In this document: piece after piece, positions 7,402 to 15,259 of the stretch
Layout of the letters: each line of letters opens with the position of its first letter
How positions within the stretch are numbered: position 1 is the first letter of the stretch
DNA from: a bacterium
GTDB taxonomy: Bacteria; UBP7; UBA6624
Direction: 5' to 3'
Assembly (NCBI GenBank): GCA_002716355.1
Contig: PBAU01000002.1
Span: 30,001-62,000 of the forward strand
DNA: 32,000 bases
The notes under the pieces: generated by a model
Database searches by the model: none
What the model was told of the DNA's origin: nothing
Seen by the model: only the letters and a program-made list of their open reading frames with translations
Position numbers and translations under genes: made by a program

Positions 7402-8679
7402 TTATTTTTTTATTTGTTCTAAGAGATCATGCTCCATTTGCTGTAGAGTGGATTTTTTTTCCGCCTCCATTGTTACCTCTATACGAGAATGTTCTTCTGT
7501 GTTTGCCCAAAACCAAGATCCATTTTCATAGTCTGTCCTGATCCCCTGAAGGTCTCTGACACTCACAAGAGGTGAACCTGCAAGGTTCATAACTGGTTCT
7601 TCTCGAAAAAAATTTTTCAATCTAACATGTTCTGATTTTTCCAACTGCAAGATCAAAGTTCTCTTGATGCCCTTTCCGTACTTGTCAGAAATTGAAATTC
7701 TTGTTTTTGAGAGAGGTTCTGATGTTTTTTGGAGATGATTCATTAGTGAAATTATGCAATAAAGTGCGTCTGGTACCGTATTATGCAAAAACGGTATAGT
7801 TATGTTTCCTCTCTTTACAGCCATCAAGCCATTTGTTTTTTTAAGAGCATTGTGCAAGTCCTTCTCACGAGTGGTTGTGAATACAATTTTTTGATTTAAC
7901 TCTTTGGCGATCTTCTGAAAAATATTGCTTGTGTTAACAGCGCAAACGATTGCACCATTTCTTTTTTCAAGCTCTGCTTTGTATAAGAAGGCTTGTATCC
8001 ATTCGCCAGGCCACACAAAACCTTTATCGTCTATGATGAAAAATCTTTCGCCACTGTCATCCAAGACAAAACCCAAATCACAATTTTCACCTACAACATG
8101 CCTTGCAACATCATCAACCCTGTGCTTGTATGGTTTGTTTTTATCAACTTGCAATGTAAAAACCGTGTGTGTATCAAATATTTTTTTAGCTATTTTTTCC
8201 ACAACCGGATTGGAGGTTTGAATTGTTATCTTTTTGGGCTTTTGTCGTTTTCGGATTGAAAGCAGTTCGTTTAGCTGTGTTGTTGGAATATTTTTTATTT
8301 TTACTTTTTTTTCATTGTCAAAACCATTTAACCCAACCTCGGGATGTGGGTTACCTTTTTCATCAAAAACCTTAAAACCCATCATTGCTTGCGGTGAAGA
8401 TCCTGCAGTAATGATTATCGAGCAAAAATCATTTTTAACAGCCTCCCTTACAGCAAATGGTGTTAATGTTTCTTGTTTGGTTTCACAAACATTTAAACCC
8501 CAAGAATTCAACTCACCCAGGATTGCTTCTTTTACCCGTTTCCCCATAAACCTTGCCCCGTCCTCTGCAAGCAAATATTTCCTACTAGGATCAAGTGTTA
8601 TTCGTAACTGTTTTAAAATTTTATTTAAGGTTAGGTCTCTACCCCATTTTCCATAAAAATAATTATCTTTAATTTTCAT
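7402..8679 (-). CDS. phosphohexomutase (PGM/PMM) superfamily homolog with degenerate catalytic motifs
   Basis: Four-domain PGM/PMM-like layout. TASHNP is replaced by TAGSSPQ. DGDGDR is replaced by DDSGER (in GFVLDDSGERFFIIDDKG). The RPSGTEP phosphate loop is replaced by ANTEEHS (in WFWANTEEHSRIEVTMEA). Confidence 0.55.
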   Translation of the reverse strand: MKIKDNYFYGKWGRDLTLNKILKQLRITLDPSRKYLLAEDGARFMGKRVKEAILGELNSWGLNVCETKQETLTPFAVREAVKNDFCSIIITAGSSPQAMMGFKVFDEKGNPHPEVGLNGFDNEKKVKIKNIPTTQLNELLSIRKRQKPKKITIQTSNPVVEKIAKKIFDTHTVFTLQVDKNKPYKHRVDDVARHVVGENCDLGFVLDDSGERFFIIDDKGFVWPGEWIQAFLYKAELEKRNGAIVCAVNTSNIFQKIAKELNQKIVFTTTREKDLHNALKKTNGLMAVKRGNITIPFLHNTVPDALYCIISLMNHLQKTSEPLSKTRISISDKYGKGIKRTLILQLEKSEHVRLKNFFREEPVMNLAGSPLVSVRDLQGIRTDYENGSWFWANTEEHSRIEVTMEAEKKSTLQQMEHDLLEQIKK

Positions 8680-8682
8680 TTC

Positions 8683-8973
8683 TTACTGCAGTGTAATTTT
8701 ATTTATTTTTATCTTTTGATTTGAAAGTTTTTCGATTATCGATTTTTTATTTTTGTTAAGTGTTTTTTTAATAATTGGGTGACTTTTTTTAACACTAACA
8801 AACAACTCTTGGTTTTTAAGGTTTTTTACCTCTGATTTTTTATAGGTTGGTTCTATTTTTTTTTTCCACACACCCCTAACCAACAAGAGTTCATTTAAGC
8901 CTGGACTGATCTTATTGATTATTTTTTGAATTTCTTTTTTGGGTTTTATACTTTGTTTAAAAATATTTTTCAC
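8683..8973 (-). CDS. DUF721/DciA-like small basic protein
   Basis: 96 aa and Lys-rich. The pattern LLLVRGVWKKKIEPTYKKSEVKNLKNQELFVSVKKS..IKKTL......IIEKL...IKINKI matches the DUF721 layout (W..ivg....s....l..g.L.V.v.s). It sits in the classic position after dnaN, and its start overlaps the dnaN stop by 4 nt. Confidence 0.5.
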   Translation of the reverse strand: MKNIFKQSIKPKKEIQKIINKISPGLNELLLVRGVWKKKIEPTYKKSEVKNLKNQELFVSVKKSHPIIKKTLNKNKKSIIEKLSNQKIKINKITLQ

Positions 8974-10100
8974 CCTTCTATTTTAGGGTGCTTCAAAGTC
9001 ATTAAAAAATATTTGTAACTGCTATCCTCGGGGTCTGAAAAAAGACAAGAAGAATGCGGATCTTCAAAACTGAAATTCACCTTATCGCTTTTTACAATTT
9101 TCAAAAAATCCAACATGAAGGAACTGTTCAAACAAACCAAAAAATCACCATCTTCAAAATCTTCTGCTGACAAAGTTTCCTCACCTTGGCCCCTTGCTGT
9201 ATCATCTGTTGTTATGAGTATCTCTCCTTTATCAATCTTGATCAACGATGCATTATTGAGTTCCTGGTACTTACCAAACTGCTGCAACCTTTCAAGAGCT
9301 TTTGTAAATTCTTTTTTATTTAAAGTAACCTTTTTAGTATGTTTCCTTTCTAGTATTTTTTCATAGTCTGGGTATGTTGGCGTCAATATTGTCGCAAAAA
9401 ATTTCACACCCTCATGAACAAACATGACATGATCACCTCTAACCTTTCCTTCCAAGATTCCAGTCCTTCCTGACAAGCCTTTCAATATACTTTTCAATGA
9501 ATTTGTATCAACTTGAATCTTTCTTTCAATGCCACTGTGATCATCGATGCTTACTATAGCCATACGAAAACCATCAGTGTTCACAATTCTTAAAGAACTA
9601 CCTCTAAAATCCAATAAAGTACCGCCAGAATACCCTTGGGAAGAGCCACCTCTAGCAACAATTAAAACCTTTTCAAGAAGTGCTACAAGGTCTTCTGTTT
9701 TGATCTCAAAAACTTCATCAGAACCTTTATCGTTAAAGGGAAAGCTGGTATGAGTTTGTGGAACTATAGATTTAAGGGTGTACCTGGAGCCTGAATTCTT
9801 TAAATGCAGAGCTCCGTCTTGATCGATATCCATTAGAACATCTCCCTCCATTCTTCTGAAAAGCTCCCTCATTTCTGCAATAGGGTAAAAGGTGTTTTCG
9901 GTTTCTTCTGATATGTTTTTATCCCTGATGGTTAGTGAACAGCCAGATACATTATTAAATGTTTCCAGGATCAAGCTTTTAGATTCATATCTTAGTCCTA
10001 CATGGGATATCCCCCTTAACCCCAACAAAGCATCTCCTGCACATGCAGAAACCGTTGTCAGGCTGTCATGCAACAATGTAGAGGATATTTTTATAGCCAT
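8970..10100 (-). CDS. dnaN: DNA polymerase III beta sliding clamp
   Basis: 376 aa, immediately downstream of dnaA. Three-domain length, with the conserved PTYPDYEKIL-type motif (fPdY..vi) at the start of domain III. Otherwise divergent. Confidence 0.85.
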   Translation of the reverse strand: MAIKISSTLLHDSLTTVSACAGDALLGLRGISHVGLRYESKSLILETFNNVSGCSLTIRDKNISEETENTFYPIAEMRELFRRMEGDVLMDIDQDGALHLKNSGSRYTLKSIVPQTHTSFPFNDKGSDEVFEIKTEDLVALLEKVLIVARGGSSQGYSGGTLLDFRGSSLRIVNTDGFRMAIVSIDDHSGIERKIQVDTNSLKSILKGLSGRTGILEGKVRGDHVMFVHEGVKFFATILTPTYPDYEKILERKHTKKVTLNKKEFTKALERLQQFGKYQELNNASLIKIDKGEILITTDDTARGQGEETLSAEDFEDGDFLVCLNSSFMLDFLKIVKSDKVNFSFEDPHSSCLFSDPEDSSYKYFLMTLKHPKIEG

Positions 10101-10185
10101 AAAAGTTATTTTAAAGAATAAATAGGATATTTGTTATTTGATTAATTAAATTAATTTTTATAAAAAACTACTTCTACTACTATTG
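10101..10185. other. AT-rich dnaA-dnaN spacer with a trinucleotide (DnaA-trio-like) array; candidate oriC unwinding module
   Basis: The 85-bp spacer is very AT-rich. 10168-10182 reads CTA CTT CTA CTA CTA, which on the complementary strand is 3'-GAT GAA GAT GAT GAT-5'. It directly follows the run attaattaaattaatttttataaaaaa. I found no consensus DnaA box (TTATCCACA). Confidence 0.3.
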
Positions 10186-11496
10186 TTAAAAAAGAGTTAA
10201 ATTACCATTATTTTCAGGGTTAACATCTTGGTTAGAAAAATCTAAAGATATACCATGATTAATAGCAATTGATTTAACCTGACTTTTGAAAAAAGAATCT
10301 TTTTTAAGCTTTTCTTTACCCTTTTTTAACGAATATGTTATTGCAGATTTTTTAACATTTAAAACACGTGATGATGAGGCCTTGCAACCATTCGGACGAT
10401 TGCACAAAAGAACAGAAGCAGCCTGTCTAGCTAAAACAACCTCCCTGGATCTTGATCCAGAAAGTAGTGATGATTTTGAAACATTAAAAACATTGCAAAT
10501 TTCGTCTAATAGCGATGAACCAGGTAACGATGTGTCTGTAGACAATGCAAACGAAACAGAGTAGTCTTCAGGGTTTCCAATTGATTTTGACCAAAGAAAC
10601 CTGGTTGCAATCCCTTTTAGAGCCCTAACGTCAGCAGGTAGTTTTTGAAACAGGTTTGTAGGTATGGTGTCTGAATTTTTTTCTTTGATTATTTTTGAAA
10701 GCAATATTTCACGTTCTTTTTCTAAAGGCGGTGACATTTTTATTACCAGGCCAGCAGTCAGCCTGCTTATTAATCTTGGACTGAATTCACGAATTGTTCT
10801 TGGGTGTCTATCGGCAACTATAACAATAGGCCGTGATCTTGTTAAAAAGGAATCGAAAACATTAAAAAACTCTTGAAGTGTTCTTTTTCTCCCAATGAAC
10901 TTTTGTATATCGTCAACAAGCAAAGATGATTGGGAAAAAAAGTAAGATTTAAAACTGTTTAGATCTTTTTTTTCAACTGAATCAACCAACTTTTGTGTGA
11001 ACTCGTCAGACGTGAAAACCCTATCGTCAAGGTTTTTTGCTGCGATATTTAGAAGATGGGTTTTTCCAATACCGGGAGGTCCGTATAAAAATATTGGAAA
11101 CAATTGATTTTCTAACTTGTTTGTTGTTGTCGAAGCGATTGCCCTAAATGCATTTTCAACCCCTCTGTAAGGGTGAAAATCGTTAAAAATCTCTTTTTTC
11201 GCACGAGGTTTTTTTTTGGTAATGATAGGAACATTTTTTGGTATTTTCTTTGAAGAGATCGATTCGATTAATTTGAAATCTTTGTAATTCAAATTGATAA
11301 TAATTTTCTTCAACAGGCCGAAGTTTTTTTCTGCAACTTTAAAATTGTATCTACCTGAAGCAGCAAGAATAACAGTGTTTTCCTGAAAGGTGATTTTTGA
11401 AGTTCTCAAAAGCGATGTTAACAAAAAGAAATTGGGTTCTAGCTTGATTTTTTGGATTATTTTTTCTTTTAGTTTTTTGCTTTTTGAAATTTCCAT
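10186..11496 (-). CDS. dnaA: chromosomal replication initiator protein DnaA
   Basis: AAA+ core: Walker A LYGPPGIGKTHLL, Walker B LLVDDIQKF, and SRLTAGLVIKMSPPLEKEREILL (sensor/box VII region). C-terminal DNA-binding domain pattern REVVLARQAASVLL. dnaA-dnaN synteny. Confidence 0.9.
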   Translation of the reverse strand: MEISKSKKLKEKIIQKIKLEPNFFLLTSLLRTSKITFQENTVILAASGRYNFKVAEKNFGLLKKIIINLNYKDFKLIESISSKKIPKNVPIITKKKPRAKKEIFNDFHPYRGVENAFRAIASTTTNKLENQLFPIFLYGPPGIGKTHLLNIAAKNLDDRVFTSDEFTQKLVDSVEKKDLNSFKSYFFSQSSLLVDDIQKFIGRKRTLQEFFNVFDSFLTRSRPIVIVADRHPRTIREFSPRLISRLTAGLVIKMSPPLEKEREILLSKIIKEKNSDTIPTNLFQKLPADVRALKGIATRFLWSKSIGNPEDYSVSFALSTDTSLPGSSLLDEICNVFNVSKSSLLSGSRSREVVLARQAASVLLCNRPNGCKASSSRVLNVKKSAITYSLKKGKEKLKKDSFFKSQVKSIAINHGISLDFSNQDVNPENNGNLTLF

Positions 11497-11613
11497 GAAG
11501 AGTGATTTTAAACATCAAAAAAATAATATATTTTTTTTAAAAAAGGTAACAAAAGAAAACCTAACCAACGTTATTCAACGATAAAAAAAAGATTTATCGT
11601 TTATTATTTTTTC
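11497..11613. other. divergent intergenic region at the gene-orientation switch (dnaA leftward, hbd rightward); candidate oriC/promoter region with a 9-bp inverted repeat
   Basis: AT-rich with A/T homopolymer runs. Inverted repeat AACGATAAA (11577-11585) / TTTATCGTT (11593-11601) with a 7-nt spacer. The only DnaA-box-like sequence is imperfect: TTATTCAAC at 11571-11579, 2 mismatches to TTATNCACA. Confidence 0.3.
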
Positions 11614-12477
11614 ATGAAAAAAACAACAATGAAAAAACAAAAAATATTAGTCATAGGCTGTGGCCAAATGGGATCCGGGATTGCGCAAACAGCCGCAGAG
11701 CATAATCATTCTGTTTTTTTGGGAGATTTGAATAAAAGATACGTGAAACAGGCAATTGAAAAAATTCACCAAAGATGGAACATGGCTGCAGACAAGGGCA
11801 AAAGGCAAAAAGAAGAAATCAGCTGCTTCAAATCTGATTTGCATGTTTTTGAAGATGGGAATTACCAAGGTTTTGATTTCATAATTGAAGCTGTGTCCGA
11901 AGATGAAAAGGTAAAAAAACAAATATTTAAAAAAATAGGCCAAGAATCTTCAGAACACACCATCTTGGGATCCAACACGTCGTCAATATCCATAAACACC
12001 CTTGGAGCAGCAAGCGGCTTTGCGGAAAGGACGATAGGGATTCACTTCATGAATCCGGTACCGGTTATGGAGCTGGTTGAGGTGATAGAGGGGGACAAAA
12101 CCAACATTGACACAATTCAGAAAACTCTAGACTTCATCAAAAGCATAAAAAAGATTCCAGCAAAAAGCAAAGACAGACCGGGTTTTATAAGCAACAAGAT
12201 TCTGATGCCAATGATTAACGAAGCCATACTCACACTCGAATCAGGAACAGGGTCAAAAGAGGATATAGATACCGTAATGGAGTTAGGGATGAAACACCCC
12301 ATGGGCCCTTTAAAACTTGCGGATCTCATAGGCCTTGATACATGCTTGGCTATTATGAATGTTTTGCATTCTGGCTTTAAAGAAGAAAAATATAAACCAG
12401 CAAAGTTATTGGTGGAAAAAGTTGACAATAATGAGCTTGGTAGAAAAACAGGAATCGGTTTCTACAAATACAATTAA
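11614..12477 (+). CDS. hbd: 3-hydroxybutyryl-CoA / 3-hydroxyacyl-CoA dehydrogenase (NAD-binding)
   Basis: Rossmann motif ILVIGCGQMGSGIAQ. IIEAVSEDEKVKKQIF, HFMNPVPVMELVEVI and C-terminal LGRKTGIGFYKY. An alternative ATG at 11629 gives the more typical N-terminus MKKQKILVIG. Confidence 0.9.
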   Translation: MKKTTMKKQKILVIGCGQMGSGIAQTAAEHNHSVFLGDLNKRYVKQAIEKIHQRWNMAADKGKRQKEEISCFKSDLHVFEDGNYQGFDFIIEAVSEDEKVKKQIFKKIGQESSEHTILGSNTSSISINTLGAASGFAERTIGIHFMNPVPVMELVEVIEGDKTNIDTIQKTLDFIKSIKKIPAKSKDRPGFISNKILMPMINEAILTLESGTGSKEDIDTVMELGMKHPMGPLKLADLIGLDTCLAIMNVLHSGFKEEKYKPAKLLVEKVDNNELGRKTGIGFYKYN

Positions 12478-12481
12478 ACTT

Positions 12482-13747
12482 ATGAGTCAAACATTGGTAC
12501 AAAAAATAATTGCTGAAAAATCTGAAAAAAATAATGTTAACGTCGGTGAGATCGTCATGGCTAAAGTTGATAGAGCAATGGGTCATGACATCACGGGTCC
12601 AGCTGCAGCAGCACTGCTAAGGGAGGCTGGCATCAACAAGGTTTGGAACAAAGACAAGGTTGTTCTTGTTGCCGATCATTTTGTGCCAGCTAAGGATTTG
12701 GCCGCTGCAAAGCTGGGAAAAGAGTTGAGAATTTTTGCAGAAGAGTATGAAGTGGGTCATTACTTTGGTGAAGGCAAAGGCGGAATTTGTCATGTTGTCA
12801 TGCCGGAAGAGGGACTTGTTGCTCCTGGTGAGATTGTTATTGGTGCTGATAGCCACACATGCACAAATGGAGCTGTAGGCTGTCTTGCAACCGGTGTTGG
12901 ACACACGGATCTGGCTGCAGTTTTAGCAACAGGCAAAGTTTGGTTAAGGGTTCCTGAAACCATCAAGGTTGTTTTCAAGGGTTCACCACCACCAGAGGTA
13001 ACACCTAAAGATATGTCTTTGGCTCTTGGAAAGATATTGACTGTTAGCGGTGGCAACTATAAAGTTTTAGAGCTCCATGATAATACCGATACAGGTATAG
13101 ATATGGAGGGTAGATTAACCATTTCAAACATGGCAATAGAGTGGGGTGCTAAAGCTGGAATATTTGTACCAGATGCTATTACCGAAACCTTCACACAAGA
13201 ACGCGTTCAGCATTCTGACTGGAAAATGTTGCAACCTGATGAAAATGCTTCTTACTGCCAGAAAATCACCATAGACACAACCACATTGGAACCATTGGTT
13301 GCTATGCCTTTCAGCCCTGATAATGTAACAACCGTAAGGGAGGTTGAAAAACAAAAGGTAAAAATAGACCAAGTGTTTATTGGTTCATGCACCAATGCTC
13401 GAATCGGAGATCTTAGAGAGGTTCATGGTGTTTTTAAGAACAATCCGAATAAACAAAAAAAAGTCCCTCGTGTTGTTGTTATACCCGGTGATCAAAAAAC
13501 TTACTTAACAGCAATTAGCGAAGGCATAGCAACAGAATGCATATCAAGAGGCTGTGTTTTTTCCACCCCAACATGTGGACCCTGTCTAGGGGGCCATTCA
13601 GGAGTTATGGCTGCTGAGGAGGTGTGTTTGTCCACAAGTAATAGAAACTTTCATGGAAGAATGGGTCATCCAGATTCATTGGTTTATTTAAGTTCCCCCC
13701 TTGTTGCAGCGCATTCCGCTCTTAAAGGTTATATCTCTGCACCGTAA
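12482..13747 (+). CDS. aconitase-family dehydratase large subunit (LeuC/HacA-type 3-isopropylmalate / homoaconitate dehydratase)
   Basis: ~421 aa. Contains DRAMGHDITGP, GADSHTCTNGA, IGSCTNARIGDL, TCGPCLGG and SNRNFHGRMG; the three 4Fe-4S Cys ligands are intact. I trimmed the track ORF start (12359), which overlaps hbd, to the ATG at 12482. Confidence 0.85.
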   Translation: MSQTLVQKIIAEKSEKNNVNVGEIVMAKVDRAMGHDITGPAAAALLREAGINKVWNKDKVVLVADHFVPAKDLAAAKLGKELRIFAEEYEVGHYFGEGKGGICHVVMPEEGLVAPGEIVIGADSHTCTNGAVGCLATGVGHTDLAAVLATGKVWLRVPETIKVVFKGSPPPEVTPKDMSLALGKILTVSGGNYKVLELHDNTDTGIDMEGRLTISNMAIEWGAKAGIFVPDAITETFTQERVQHSDWKMLQPDENASYCQKITIDTTTLEPLVAMPFSPDNVTTVREVEKQKVKIDQVFIGSCTNARIGDLREVHGVFKNNPNKQKKVPRVVVIPGDQKTYLTAISEGIATECISRGCVFSTPTCGPCLGGHSGVMAAEEVCLSTSNRNFHGRMGHPDSLVYLSSPLVAAHSALKGYISAP

Positions 13748-14365
13748 TTGAAAACTATTTTTCACAATTTTCAACAAAAAAGCTGGATAGACAGTTACTA
13801 CCTGCAGCTACAAGCTACTGAGGATGCTAGAAGGAATGTCGAACATGTATTTTTTTTTGAACATAAAAATGTTATCACCTTAGGAACATCTTCAACCAAA
13901 AGTGATATACCAAATACAGCCAATATTAGGCGTAAAAATATTAGTATTTTTAAAACAAACAGAGGTGGTGAAGCAACCTGGCATGGTGCCGGACAACTTG
14001 TTTTTTATCCAGTTTTAAACATAAAGAAAAGACGGATCAAAGCAACAGAGTTAGTGAAAATAGTGTTACAAGCAACACAAGATGCATTGTTAAAAAAACA
14101 AATTGAAACCTCTATAAACCTCAAGAAACCTGGCTTGTATATTCAAAATAAGAAAATCGTTTCTTTCGGCATGACGATTCAAAAAGGGATAACCATGCAT
14201 GGCGTGTCAGTGAATGTGAACAACAATAATAAAGGATTTGCAGAAATCAAACCTTGTGGGATGCCGCCAAACACTGTTTCTTCCATCAAAGCTGAAACAG
14301 GTAGCAATGAAAGTATAGAATCAATTGCTCAAGAGGTTAAGCTTCATTTGAAAAAGATTTTATGA
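13748..14365 (+). CDS. lipB: octanoyltransferase (lipoyl(octanoyl) transferase)
   Basis: FFFEHKNVITLG, NRGGEATWHGAGQLVFYPVLNI (RGG.T.HGPGQ) and the catalytic Cys context IKPCGM. The TTG start directly abuts the preceding TAA. Confidence 0.85.
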   Translation: MKTIFHNFQQKSWIDSYYLQLQATEDARRNVEHVFFFEHKNVITLGTSSTKSDIPNTANIRRKNISIFKTNRGGEATWHGAGQLVFYPVLNIKKRRIKATELVKIVLQATQDALLKKQIETSINLKKPGLYIQNKKIVSFGMTIQKGITMHGVSVNVNNNNKGFAEIKPCGMPPNTVSSIKAETGSNESIESIAQEVKLHLKKIL

Positions 14366-15204
14366 CACAACATCCTAATTGGACAAAGATTCAAATCAAG
14401 CCTGGTTCTACAAAATCTCTCATTGACCTTTTTGCTGAACCGGAAGAGTTTAAGATAACCACTGTTTGCGAAGAGGCATGTTGTCCCAATTTGCCAGAAT
14501 GCTGGGGCAAGGGTACAGCCACATTTATGTTGCTTGGAGATACCTGCACAAGAGGTTGTCGTTACTGTTCGGTCAAAAAAGGAATACCTGAACCACCTGA
14601 TCCCAATGAACCCGGGGATTTAGCTGAAACCATTCAAAAAATGAATGCAAAATACATTGTTTTAACAATGGTTGATAGAGATGATCTGATCGATGCCGGT
14701 GTCAGTCACATCATGGACACGGTAAACTCTATAAAGAGAATCAACCCCACAACAAAAATAGAATTACTTGTGGGTGATCTGAATGGTGAACCTGAGCTGA
14801 TTAAAGAGGTTGCCCAATCAAACATAAATGTTTTTTCTCACAATATTGAAACTGTAGAAAGGTTGTATCCAAAACTAAGACCACAAGGCAGTTACCAACG
14901 CGCATTAAAAGTTTTAAGAGAGGCAAAAAAAACAGGTTGCCAAACAAAAACTAGCCTGATTGCCGGGATGGGGGAAACAACAGACGAGGTACTGTCTTTT
15001 TTGAAGGATATTAAAACGATTGAAGTGGATATTTTTACATCAGGACAATACTTGAGACCGTCACAAAACCAAGCACCGGTTATAAAACATCGCAGTCCAG
15101 AATGGTTTGAATTTATTGAACAGCAAGCAGAAATGTTAGGGATTAAATCCAAGTGCGGACCCCTGGTAAGATCCAGCTACATGGCTGAAACTCTATATAA
15201 ATAA
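14362..15204 (+). CDS. lipA: lipoyl synthase (radical SAM)
   Basis: Auxiliary cluster motif CEEACCPNLPECW and radical-SAM motif CTRGCRYCSV, both intact. C-terminal SSY. ATGA overlap with lipB. Confidence 0.95.
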   Translation: MTQHPNWTKIQIKPGSTKSLIDLFAEPEEFKITTVCEEACCPNLPECWGKGTATFMLLGDTCTRGCRYCSVKKGIPEPPDPNEPGDLAETIQKMNAKYIVLTMVDRDDLIDAGVSHIMDTVNSIKRINPTTKIELLVGDLNGEPELIKEVAQSNINVFSHNIETVERLYPKLRPQGSYQRALKVLREAKKTGCQTKTSLIAGMGETTDEVLSFLKDIKTIEVDIFTSGQYLRPSQNQAPVIKHRSPEWFEFIEQQAEMLGIKSKCGPLVRSSYMAETLYK

Positions 15205-15244
15205 TACCCCCCCAGGGTATAGTTATTTTTTTTAAAAAAATAAC
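15205..15244 (+). terminator. possible weak intrinsic terminator/attenuator between lipA and the E1 alpha gene
   Basis: Short hairpin TACCC-ccccA-GGGTA (15205-15219), followed by a T-run that is part of a perfect AT-only palindrome GTTATTTTTTT/AAAAAAATAAC (15222-15244). The stems are weak. Confidence 0.25.
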
Positions 15245-15259
15245 ATATAATTACCAGTT

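Noticed and set aside
10101-11613. Consensus DnaA boxes (TTATCCACA/TGTGGATAA) flanking dnaA
   Set aside because: None were found by eye. Only 2-4-mismatch versions occur (e.g. TTATTCAAC at 11571), so the origin calls rest on context and the trinucleotide array and are kept at low confidence.
12359-12481. Upstream extensions of track ORFs: LeuC-like from 12359, E1 beta from 16356, tatA from 20000
   Set aside because: Each extension overlaps the 3' end of the preceding gene in another frame. Internal ATGs (12482, 16392, 20045) give family-typical N-termini, and tatA additionally has an AAGGAG at the right distance.
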